Positions 13,401-25,400 of a DNA stretch of 64,000 nt are shown here, in pieces. The first letter of the stretch is position 1. Each line of letters opens with the position of its first letter. The notes below the pieces were generated by a model. That model ran no database searches, had not been told where the DNA came from, and worked only from the letters and a program-made list of their open reading frames with translations. Source of the DNA: Yuukianura sp. NJ FZ-2021 (taxonomy: Eukaryota); the NCBI GenBank assembly GCA_046563655.1, contig CM102286.1:6572001-6636000 (forward strand), given 5' to 3'. The translations under genes and the position numbers were made by a program.

Positions 13401-16400
13401 AGACATTAATGGATTATTTGTTAGAGGATTCGTTTTTCTTGAAGCCGACTGACTGTGTGTCTATAATTTAGGGATGTTAATATACTCAACTTTCAAACTT
13501 TTGGCATGGGTTAGTAACTTATTTGGAAAGTTTCCATTTCTTACTTTCTCCTTCGCAAAGGGCCCTTGTTCTCTTTCCCTGTGCCGTGGACAAGTGACTG
13601 TTTTTTTCAGAACAAAGTTCAGAATTACTCAAGTTCTATTCTCTCCATGGAGCTGTTTGTCACACGATCGGGAGAGAAATACGATGAGAATTGCCTGAGC
13701 CCTCACTAAAAAATTTATTTAAAGGTTGGGGTAAACTCCGGATTAAGTGACTTTTAAGGTGTTCTTCAGTTGAGCAGAGAAGGCTAATAAGAGAAAGCAG
13801 ACTTTTATTGAATCCTAACCCAACCTAATCTCCAATAGTGTACTAAACCTACCTTCACTTGCCTCATTTATACCTTACTTTCTTTTTGGTTTTACTTCGT
13901 TCTCATTTCACGCTTTTTAGTGAAAATGAAACAGGCAGGAAACCCAGTTAATTTTTATTTACTGTCCTCGTCCATCCGGAACTGAAGTTGTAACCACAAA
14001 GCGGCTTTCGTTAAACTACAACTCGCTGAACTACTAAATAAACTAACAGTATAATTAGCACATGATTTTTTGGTTACTCAACTCTGAAATATTTATTCTC
14101 GAGAGTGACAGCCCTATGTGACAATGCCTTTATTAGTGCTTTATTTCGGAGTTTATTCTGGGGAACTATTCTATACCTGGCGTAGGCGGGGCTTATTGTA
14201 TTCCCGATAGTAAATATAGCATTGTTCTATTGGTTTCTGAATTTTTTATAAATATAATTCTGCAGTTAATTGGAAAATAGAGGGGAAAGGCAACCCCTGC
14301 AATCAATCCATCATAAGTCCCGTGTCCTGGGTTTAATTGATTATTGCTTAGGGAAAATTAACTTTCTTTGGCAGTGGGTTTTTCCAGACTTTTTATTTCC
14401 TACATACTTTTTTAAACCTATTCCTATAAATATCGCAAAAACTTAACCACTGGCAAATAGAATTTAATTTTCACTCTAACGGTAGACTGAAGCATTGCTG
14501 CATGAGTTCTTACTATTATAATACTTGGCGATTATGAATCAGAGAAATATTTTTATGCTAAACAATGGCAGTAGTGCGTTTCAAGTACTAACATTGCCAA
14601 TGTTCCACACATACACTGAACAGCAACGGCATCAAATCAACTGTTTTAAAAAAAGAGAACTGCAATGAATCGGAGCCGCTAGAGCTTAAGTGTCCACTCC
14701 GTAAGTCTAACCTTTCGTATCTTAATAATGTGTTTGCCCATAGTCGATACAAAATATTGCTGATGTCCATGTCCTATCCATCTCCATGGACAAGTCAAAT
14801 TGACAACCGGCTGTACATCGCATGTATGCCCATTGTTCCATCATCAATCATAGGACGGCGACAAATGGAGTCAACCCTTTGAAATTATTCGATTGATGTA
14901 ACGACAGAATTTTTTCGACGCTTTCAAGAGCCTCTGGAGGTCTATGCTTACGTTGATTTCCTTTACATATTTCAATAATTTGTTGCTATTAACTATGGTG
15001 GAATGGCGATTTTGTAAGCACAACCATTCAAAGTAGAGTCAAGTAATTACATTAACCTCATGTGTTCGATTTAGAGGAAATGAAAATAAGCTTATTAAAA
15101 ACTCAATACTAACCAAATATTTACAATGGTACAAAATGTTTGTACTCACATTCAATAGCCAGACGAGTTTTATGAGTTTTGGATTTGCTTGAAGTTTACA
15201 TTCAAAATATACATCAGTTCCCTCTTTGATTTCGTACGGATTCAAAGTACTCCCTAGGGACAATTTCACCTCCGGCGGATCTGAAAAGTATAAATTGTTG
15301 TTTTACATGCTTCGCAAATCCCTGCTAATTCCTAAGATACCTTTTTTTTTAATAAAAAGAGTACATAGACAAAACTTGTAAGCTGGAAACGATTTACTGG
15401 AGTTCGAAGCGTTCATTACAAAGAGAAACTTGTGAAAGTCGATTAGTTTACTCCTTCAGGAATGCAATTTTGTGCTTTTATTAAGTAGGCAGGGAAAGTC
15501 ACGTGGAATTAAGGGGTGCTACTTAATTCGTGAAACGAAACTATAAACTACACAGAAATGAAATGCAAATAAAAATAGAAAAAATACGGAATATGGCCAA
15601 TGGGTCAATTCACTAAACTTTCTTTTCCTACTTTCACTTTAAGTCTCATGTCAAAAGCTAAGATGGCCGTTTTAGAAGGAAAACATTGCAAATAAGATTC
15701 CTGCGTCGAAGATGCTGCCAAAAAGGAACAAGAGACGGGAAGTCTCCAGTTTCCTCATTCGACTTCCCAGTTACTGCTACACTTCGTTTGAAGGGAAATC
15801 AATACGTGCCTTGCATCCTAATTTCAAATGGAACATGAAAAAGGTTGAGTAAAGCTAAAAAATATCTGCAACGCCAGCGTCTTTCACTTCTCATCTTTGA
15901 AGCCTGGGTATTTCTCTTTTGCTTCAAAATGTTCCAGCATTGACAAAATATAAACCATATTCCCATTTACTGTTATTTTAGACACTGCAAAGTTTAAGCG
16001 TACAAAAACGGAAAGTTAGAGGAGAGGGCGTTGGATGGAAGTGATTTGCACGGCTTGTGTGACAGTGCCACAACTTTTTCGGTTAGTTCGGCCTGACTTT
16101 AACTCAAATAAACTTTGTATGTGAATTTCCTTTGCCTTGTCTAGGACATAGTAATGACCTAACGTAGAGAAGTGGGAGGTAAAAGTTTGCGTAACTCGGA
16201 GAAAATGGGAATAAGTTTTTTCTTTCCTTGCTCGCATTCTCCATTCTCGTGTCTTATTAAATTTATGTTCGTTAAGCTTGGAGCAAAAGTGAAATTCAAT
16301 TCAATTCCTTGTTTTCACAGAGTCTGAACTCTGTTCTGTTGTACTACTTTCAAGGTTTCTTCTCCCTTGAGAGAGGCTCTATTGAATCTTAATGAGACAA

Positions 16401-19400
16401 AGTTTAAATTAGCCGGAGAAAGTAAAGAAGGAAAGCCTCTTGTGAGCAAGGCCTACAATTTACATGGTGTATTGAATTAGCCGTAGTTCACAACTTACAA
16501 ACAACGTTTAGGTTCCAAACGTCTTCTAGAATCTGCGTGCGGTTCAGTTTTGGATTTTCCGCTCGACAAGTAATTGAACCGCCGTTGTCGTCAGGACTTG
16601 GTATGAATACAAACGTACTTGAGGTCACGTTCCCACCATCCAGTTCCTGCAATATTTGAAAAATTTCAGTCTTTTTCAATACAGTTTTGGCTAAAACGAG
16701 AAGTGGTTTGCTCTGTGTTGATTAATGGTAGTGCAACGCAGTTTCTGTTTATAGCACCATGCAGCCAAAACCAAACGGTGTATTAGAAACCGTAATGTTT
16801 GAACGCTTCAAGACGGGCTTCTTATGAATAATTGAATAAATCATTGATAAATCGTTGGGCCACTTCCCATTCTATTGACTACTTTTATTCTGGAATTGAG
16901 AGCGGAAGTTCATGGACTAAAAATCAAAATGGCGGCTGATAAGAGACGATTTGGCGCGAAATCTCTCTGCTACATTGCATCCCACCCTCATAACTTTCAC
17001 ATTCTAAACGCCTTCTTCGGAGAAAGCCCATTTTAAGAGGGTACACAAATGCATTTCAATTCACTTCCTCTAATATATTCCTTACTGTAGGACCCCATCA
17101 CTTTTATCTTGTGGAAAATAATAGAGCCCAACCTTCATAGACCCTCGAAAGAGTGGGAAGAGATCGAATGAAATTGAATGTTCCTTAATGAAAGTGAAAG
17201 CGAAGGTTAGGCGCTAGGTTAAGCGGAATGTCCACTTGAAGTGGAGATGTACGACTTGTGACTGACCTGTGTGATCACTTGGGCAATCTCTTTCCCGCCT
17301 TTGAGCCAACGGAGTTCAGCCGGTGGTTTGGATCCCGCTGTTTCGCAAGAGATTCGATATTCTTTTCCAGCAAGTACTCGTTCCGTCTGTTTCTGACGAA
17401 GACGCACAAAAAGTGGTTTCACTGAAATTGAAAATATATATTTTTTTTGCATTTCACCAAATTTCAAAACCAGAAGAAAAGGTTTCCCGAGTGGAGCTTT
17501 CACTTTCAACAGTTGTGATGTGATACGTTACTGTGTGATTCTTTGAGGAGAACCCGCACAGCGCTTTCTATTCACACTTTAAAGGATTTTGCAGAAAAGA
17601 GGAAAGAAGCTCCAAAATTTCCCGTGGTCTGAAGCCCAACCATTAATAAACGCTTTGGTGTAAGTTAATTAATCCTATTTTGATAATATTCTTCGAACTA
17701 GTAAGCCTACTCTCCAACTAATTTTGTAAGTAAGGAGAAGGAATATCATTAGCAGCTCCCAGTAGTGCTTTCACCGCAGGAGAATCACGCGTTGTGGACA
17801 ACTGAGCAGGAACAATGGGGCTGGAATGGGCTTAGTAATTATAGTTTGGGAGGTAATTTGAGGGGAGAAAATGTTATTGTTTCCGGTCTCAATGCTGTCT
17901 CAAGTTTAATTCAAAAAACTCGCTCCTCTCCACTCCTCTTGAACTGGCCCTAACGCCACAGCACTTGAACATGGAGGATGCTCGTAGCTTCCTGAGTCAA
18001 CATAGGATTATTTCAGAGCAGAGTTTAAGTAAGTCCGAAAGCAAGGCTAACAAAGAAAAGGCTTGGTGCTTCTACATCGAAGCATAAAACAAAATTCACC
18101 AATGAACTTTTAGTTTATAGTAGAGAAAGCAGTGCGACATGTCTTATGTCAGAAAAAGACCAAATGGAGTTGTGGTGTAAAGGAGTGTCCTTTTGTGGTT
18201 ACGTTGACACTTTGAGGGTGATGATGATGGAGAAGAGATGTAAACTTTCTTTCTTTCGTTTTTTTTTTGTGAAAATTATATGGTTATTATTTGTTACATT
18301 TTGAATTGACTATAGCAGTGACGTTTGATTGGGTTAGATGCAATAAAAACCCGGATTAAAATTGCAAGTTGTTTGTTATTCATCCTTTATTTATTGAATT
18401 TCATCCGTTTAAATTAAATATTTCTACAACAAATCTTTGCCGTATCTACTTTTGCGTTATCTTGAAATAGAAAGAAATTTAATTTCAATACACAAATTAC
18501 GTCGGTGGCGCTGTTTGTACTGATTTTGGTTTTGGTTTTTTTGCAAAATGAGAGAATCGATTCCTTAGAAGAGCCTAAATCTCATGCCCTTGTGAATTCA
18601 AAGTTGTACCCATCTTGATCTTGCTCTGACTAATCCCGCTGTCGCAACAAATCTAATTTAATGTACAGAGAAGACGGAATTACACTTGCATCTCAGGAGA
18701 AAGTGTAGATTAGAAGAAAAGTGGTTCTTTTAAGTGAGCGCAGTTTGGTGCGCACCATGGGCCGAAATACTGCTTGGAATGGCTCAGAATCGCTATTCTG
18801 TTAGCTGCTGTTAATTCAAGAAGACCAATTCATTTAGAGATACGAACGAGTTAGAAGTGGCTCTACATCTTGGCACAGTTGCAGAGCTCCAACCAACCAT
18901 TTTAATCGCCTCTACAGACTAAACCTTTATGACCTTATTTCTAAATTTGTATTACACTTTGGATTTCATGCCCACTATTTTTAAGTACATGAACAGTAAC
19001 TAATTTCTACCAGAGTATATGTAAAAGTATTACTCAGCAATCCGCGGTAAAAGTTAATCTGATACTTCGATCCCTCAGTGCTCCTTTCAGTTTCATCAGT
19101 CATTCTTAATGCGATTTTTTGCATTTATTATAAAGTACAGTTTAATTTGAAGTGTGTAACTGAAAATATTGTGTGGTAGACGCTTTCAATTTACTTTTTA
19201 CTGAGCTTCTGCTTTCAAGTGGAATAATAGAACTGGGAGCTTGAGAATGGAACAGGAAATATTGTATAATTAGGTTAAAACTGTGGTAGTGCTGTAAGCT
19301 TTGATCAAATAAAATTCAAGTGCGTGGTTTCTACTTTCTCTCAATTTGTTCTTATTAAATTTCTATTCGGGAACTATAACGTTTACTTTGATGTTGCCAG

Positions 19401-22400
19401 GAAATCAAAAAATGTTCGAATCAACGCTTTTAGTTTTAGCAATGGAGAGCAATTTTTTTCGATTTTGTTTGATGCTTGCTTACATTAAAATTTGACATCC
19501 GTCAGATATATTTCAAAAATACCTGGTATCCAAGAGGAAGTTCATATGGAAAATAATATCTAGTTACCCAGAGTGGCTATGAAACATCCAGATATGTATA
19601 CCATTTCGTACTATTTCGGAATAGTAGGCACACTACTAGACGATATTCTGAACCAACATTTTCGCATTTTTTTTCAATAATAAGGTCAATTATTACATAG
19701 AACAAAGCCAAACGTTTTACAACAACGCATAATCTGCATTTGGAAGGAATTACGTTACATAATAGCCTATTGGGACTTTTTCCAATGTAATTTTACACCA
19801 CCTTCAGTAGCTTTGTCTTTCTTTCTGACACTTGATTGTTTAAAAATCCAGCCAGCAATTTAGCCGTCAATTCAGTTGATTTTACTAGCAACCTAATGTG
19901 GTACGCTGTCTACAGAATCAAAGTTTAAACCTGGCTTTTCCTTTGCTGCGTGTCATTTTTACTATGTTTTGAGTTTATGCCAAAAGTGCCTCCGCTTCAA
20001 ATCCATCAACTTCTATTCCAAAAATTGTGCGAAACGAAAAGGGCTGGATACTGGAAAACTTTGCGTGTAGGCATCAACAGGAATGGATGGAATCATGCCA
20101 AAGTTTTTGCTAAGAAGGGGCACTTAAAAATATATTGAGATTCTGTTAGATGTAGTGAGTAGTTGCGCGGAGTAAAAGCTTATAAAACTCGAACGTGTTG
20201 AAATATTTTGAGCTCTGACCGTGGCATAGGTCACATAAGAACTATCTGATGCCTACCAGAGGGCTGTTGAATTTTTAACCTGTTGTGACTTGTGAGGTTA
20301 TTTCGACAGAACATCTACCCCGAAAAGAATGTTGTTACGTAACAAAGCCACTCTTTCTTTCTCTTTCTCCGCAGTATTAATTTACCGTAACCCGTTGAAG
20401 AATTATGCAAAGTGTTAATGTAGCACTTACGGTTCAGATCAAGAAGTGCCGACCTTTCCACCGGTTGAACAAGGCGCGTATTAGAAGCCTTGCAGGTAAA
20501 CTGGGAGTTGAGGTGCGAGCGATTCACTTTCTGAAATAAGAGCTCGTTAACCACGTCTCCATAACCGTTCACGTAGGCAGTGGAGTCGATTAGTGCTCCG
20601 TTCACGTACCAGGACACGGTGGGTTCAGGGTTTCCTGTGACCATAATGGAACATTAATGAGATAACCAGGGACTTCATAACATCCCGATTTCAAAAACTA
20701 TATCGCACATTTTGTTTGCTCTGGTGCCGCTAATTCAGTAAGGAAGGAAATCTCTTGTGGGTATAAGGCTCTATAGTAAGAGTAAACAACCCAAGTCTTC
20801 TCAAAGTTTGAAGAGATTGAAACGGTTGTCATAAATTTTGTGAAGTTAAAATTTGTTGTACTCCTGTGTTATAAATTTATTACAGATATAAGTGTGACCC
20901 AGGAGGCTTTTGGCCTAGTAAGAATGAAACGAAGGTGGGAAGGAAATGAGGCAAAGGTTTGATGAGAAGAAGAAGGATTTAAGTGTTCTTTTAGCTCATC
21001 CTCAGGTTCTGCATAATAAAAGGATAAATTACAGCTTTCTCTGTGGAAGAGAGAGCGTCTGGTTATGGTAGGTGTCTTATGACTTTGGAGCTTGGAGACC
21101 AACTTTTAGACTGAAATGAAGGAAAGGCTCTTCCTCATACGTGGAACGTGGTGAAAGTGCACAAGGAAGAAGCATAACCAAACGTTGGCTGAGGAAATTG
21201 AAAATAAATTTCATGTTGGCCTCATATCTTACCTCCGCGTACTCGGCACTTGAGAAGCACATCTGAGCCTTCAACTAGCGGCCCCACCGTAGACCCGACT
21301 TCCTCATCAGATCCGTCATAAATTATTGGGGGAGAGGGCGGGACTGTCAAATATAAAATAAAGCTATTAACTTTCAGTATTCCGTAGATGTACCAAAGAG
21401 ATGAGACGAACACACTTTGTATTAATTTCACAAGATGATATGATCTTCTTCCAAAGTTTTTTCTAATAAGAATCATTATAGACACATTACGAAATGTTCG
21501 GTAAAAGCTGAGTCCCTTGCTCTCTTCTATTCAATTTGCAATTTGGTATTCAAACTCGGTTTCTCTTTTACGTAGCTTATTTATGTGTTATGAATAGAAG
21601 AAAAGGAGAAAAACGGAGACTCCCGTTTTCCTCCATTTAGAATTCATAGAAATTCGTTCCCTTTTTCCTCGTCTGTAAAACTCTTTAGTGAAAAAGGAGG
21701 AAAGAATCAAAAAGTGAAGCCTGGATCTCGAAAGTGCTGAACCAAAATTTCCTAGGGTTCATCGCAACGAAATCTCTTCTGAGTTCCTCCTTGGCTTCTG
21801 TCTGCTTTCCTTTTTCCGTGTTGAATCTCTCCCAGGTACGGAGACACAGAAGCTTCTACAGATTGCCAGATTTTCTACCATATGCTCTGCTCGCAGGATC
21901 AGTTTCTTCCACTTTCAAGATCTGACATTCGTTCTTCCGAGTCAGCTTCAATAAAATGTAACATTTCAACAACAAGGCCTATAATGTTTCTTTTGTCCTC
22001 GTCTCGCTACTTTTTGTTGAGCATTTGATGCAACATGCTGTGATGTATGCTAGGGCATTTGAAAGCCAGGTAAATATTTTCTTTCAGCATTTTTACTAAA
22101 CTTTGTTGTCAGAAATTGGCATTGGCAATAGAAAAGAAAACTGTATTTGTATTGGAAATAGAGGTAAGTACTCTTGTATGGTAAAGTCAACAAATTTAGG
22201 AGTAGGAGCAATGTCAACGTTGTTCATTGTCTTCCTCTTGGCTTCGGTTATTCTTGTATAACCGTTGCCATAATAACAAAAACCAAGTTTTTGTTATAAA
22301 CTCCGCTTTGTGATTTTTGAATAAAGCCTTGGCTTTCTCCAGTGATATTCATCAGAGGGGGCGTATTGACAGAATATTTGAACATTCCTACCACAAAAGG

Positions 22401-25400
22401 CCGACATGAGAGTGTGGGTTACACCCACCCCAGTCTGTGCAAAATTCATAAAAATTAAATTGGGATGCTCATGTCTTTGAGGCCTTTGATCTCCGTTGGA
22501 TGAAATTTATCATTTGATAACTCCCTGGAAGAATGGAATGTATCCAGCTAGACTTCAAAGCTGAAGGCTGTGCGAATCTCTTTGTTAGCAGAAAATGTTT
22601 ACATCAGCAGGAGAGAAGAATTCATCAGAACCAGCTTTCTCGGAGGCGGAAACTTCACGAAGACAGTCCTCATAACTCCACTTCCATATGCGCTATCTCT
22701 ATCTCTCTCCAAAGTTTACAGGCTACTGCCTTTACTTGTGTCGTATACTCTATTTTTTCATGTTCTTTTTATTTTTGTGGGTAAATTTCACACGTGTGCC
22801 CATAAAAGTAGTTTTGGAAACTTTTAATTTCTTGTGCTAAGAAATGGGATCGTCATCCTGCTAGATCACAAAAAGGAAATATAAAGCGTAAATCAAAAAA
22901 AAAAGTTTTGCAATTCAACCCAAATTTCAACTCTTGCGACGCCTAAAAGAACAGTTTCGAGTTGTGTATTTAATGTTCTTACTTGAAAGAAATGAGTTGA
23001 AAGTGAATTACATATCTAAATTATGAATTTTGGTTTTGCAAACTGCTTCTAACTGTAAATCAACCCAGTTTCAAAAACAAATGACGAAAATTGCCGTCAT
23101 TTTGTAATGCATTAATTCTATACAAACTTTAAATAAAAACATTTTGATGTTTGCTTAGTGCTCGGAATTTAAAATATGTTTTTGGTTGTGCGTGAACTTA
23201 CCAACAACAGTGAGGTTGACCAAGGAGTTGCGGGTCCTTGATTTTTTAAAGTCCACCCTGCATCTGTAGAGCCCTTGATCTCTAATCTTGAGGTCACTGA
23301 CTAAGAGATGTGCGGGATACGTTGCTGCCTGGAATTCCGCTCTTCTGTCGAATCCAGCCGTCGATGACCATATTTTTGCTGTTTTCAATCCCTTTCCACG
23401 CACATCGAAGCTACAAATCAAACGGAGGATCGATACGTTAGAAATTCATATCAGAGGGAAATTTGAGAGGCAACAAATCATAAAGGATTCTAATCTAGTA
23501 CCCACTTCCACTTTAAATACACGAGGGGTACAGAATTAGTTTTGCTCACAACACAAAAGCTCATTCTACATTCATACTGGTTTAGCTCCATTCATAAATT
23601 TCACCAAAGAGATAAAGTCAACTTCCATGTTTCCCTTTGTTTTCTCCTAAGGATTGGCATGCATGTAAAATCCGAAGGGAAGAAAGCCGGCAAAGGGAAA
23701 GATGCGTGTTCGTGTTTAGTTATTTCTTTTTCGACTTCCCAAAGTTTACGCTTCTAAACAAGTTGTAACGTGCAGGCGCCAAAGTTCGAACATCATGCGT
23801 AGCTCATGCATTAAAAATCAGCCAAATGTAGGAAATACACTCAAAATGTGTGTGAACACAACTTTAAAATTAATGAGCTCATGGTGAGCAACAACTGCAA
23901 ACAAACAACACTGCTGTAAACCTCAACACTGTTATTATTCGCTGTTTTAAGGTTTTGTACAATTAAGGTTTAAGGTTTATTATAATAGCGAAGCTATTAT
24001 TATAGAAGACGTCTGTCTGTCCGTCCCTCTCTCCCTCTGTCCGTCCGTCCGTCCGGATCATGTACCTCGGAAACTACTGGTCCGATTTGATTCCGGTTTT
24101 CACCAGTGACTATGTCATGACCCGGGCTTGGTCACTATTCAATATGACCCCCGTGTGTCAACTCCTTCCGGGTCAAAGGTCAAGGTCAACCGGTTTCATC
24201 CCCGGTAACATGGAAAATGACCTTTACAAAAGTTGTTCATCTTATCGAGATGAACAACTTTTATGTGTAATGTGTGACCCTAGGTCACCTGCTTCCGGGT
24301 CAAAATTGATTTCAAAGGTCATTTGTAATGCAAAAGTGGGTAAAAAAAACTCTGCTTGTGAGACTGGAAAGGCAATTGGCATGGGACTTGATTCTCTGCT
24401 TAGCAAAAAATCTATTACGCAGTTGACATATACACGTGTCCAGAGTCGCCTATTCATTTGTTCTGTTGTTGCTTCATCCCAATCCCACCTCTCCGTCCAC
24501 ATCTTTGTTGAAGTCACTGCCACACCCCATGGCGGTTGAGGAAGTGGGGGAAACACCCCCTCTCCCCCGGGGCACTCACCCCCTCTCCCCCGGGGCACTC
24601 ACCCCCTCTCCCCCGGGGCACTCACCCCCTTTCCCCCGTGGCACTCACCCCCTCTCCCCCGTGGCACTCACCCCCTCTCCCCCGGGGCACTCACCCCCTC
24701 TCCCCCGGGGCACTCACCCCCTTTCCCCCGTGGCACTCACCCCCTCTCCCCCGTGGCACTCACCCCCTCTCCCCCGGGGCACTCACCCCCTCTCCCCCGG
24801 GGCATTCACCCCCTCTCCCCCGGGGCACCTACCCCCTCTCCCCCGGGGCACTCATCCCCTCTCCCCCGGCGCACTCACCCCCTCTCCCCCGGGGCACTCA
24901 TCCCCTCTCCCCCGGCGCACTCACCCCCTCTCTTCCGGGGAACCACCTCCTCTCCCCCGGGGCACCCACCTGCTCTCCCCCGGGGAACACACCCCCGCGC
25001 TCCCTGGGGTGCGGAGCAAAAAAGTGTGGGGAACACCCCCACTCCCCCCGGAGGGGCGGGAAAGTGGCGGAACACACCCCCGCGCTCCCTGGGGTGCGGA
25101 GCAAAAAAGTGGGGGGAACACCCCTATCCCCCCGAAGGGGCGGGAAAGTGGCGGAACGCATCCCGCACTCCCTGGGGTGCGGAGCAAAAAAGTGGGAGGA
25201 ACACCCCCACTTTCCCGGGGAGGGGGCGGGAAAGTGGCGGAACACACCCCCGCGCTCCCTGGGGTGCGGAGCAAAAAAAGTGGGGGGAACACCCCCATCC
25301 CCCCGAGGGGGCGGGAAAGTGGCGGAACGCATCCCGCACTCCCTGGGGTGCGGAGCAAAAAAGTGGGGGAACACCCCCACTTTCCCGGGGAGGGGGCGGG

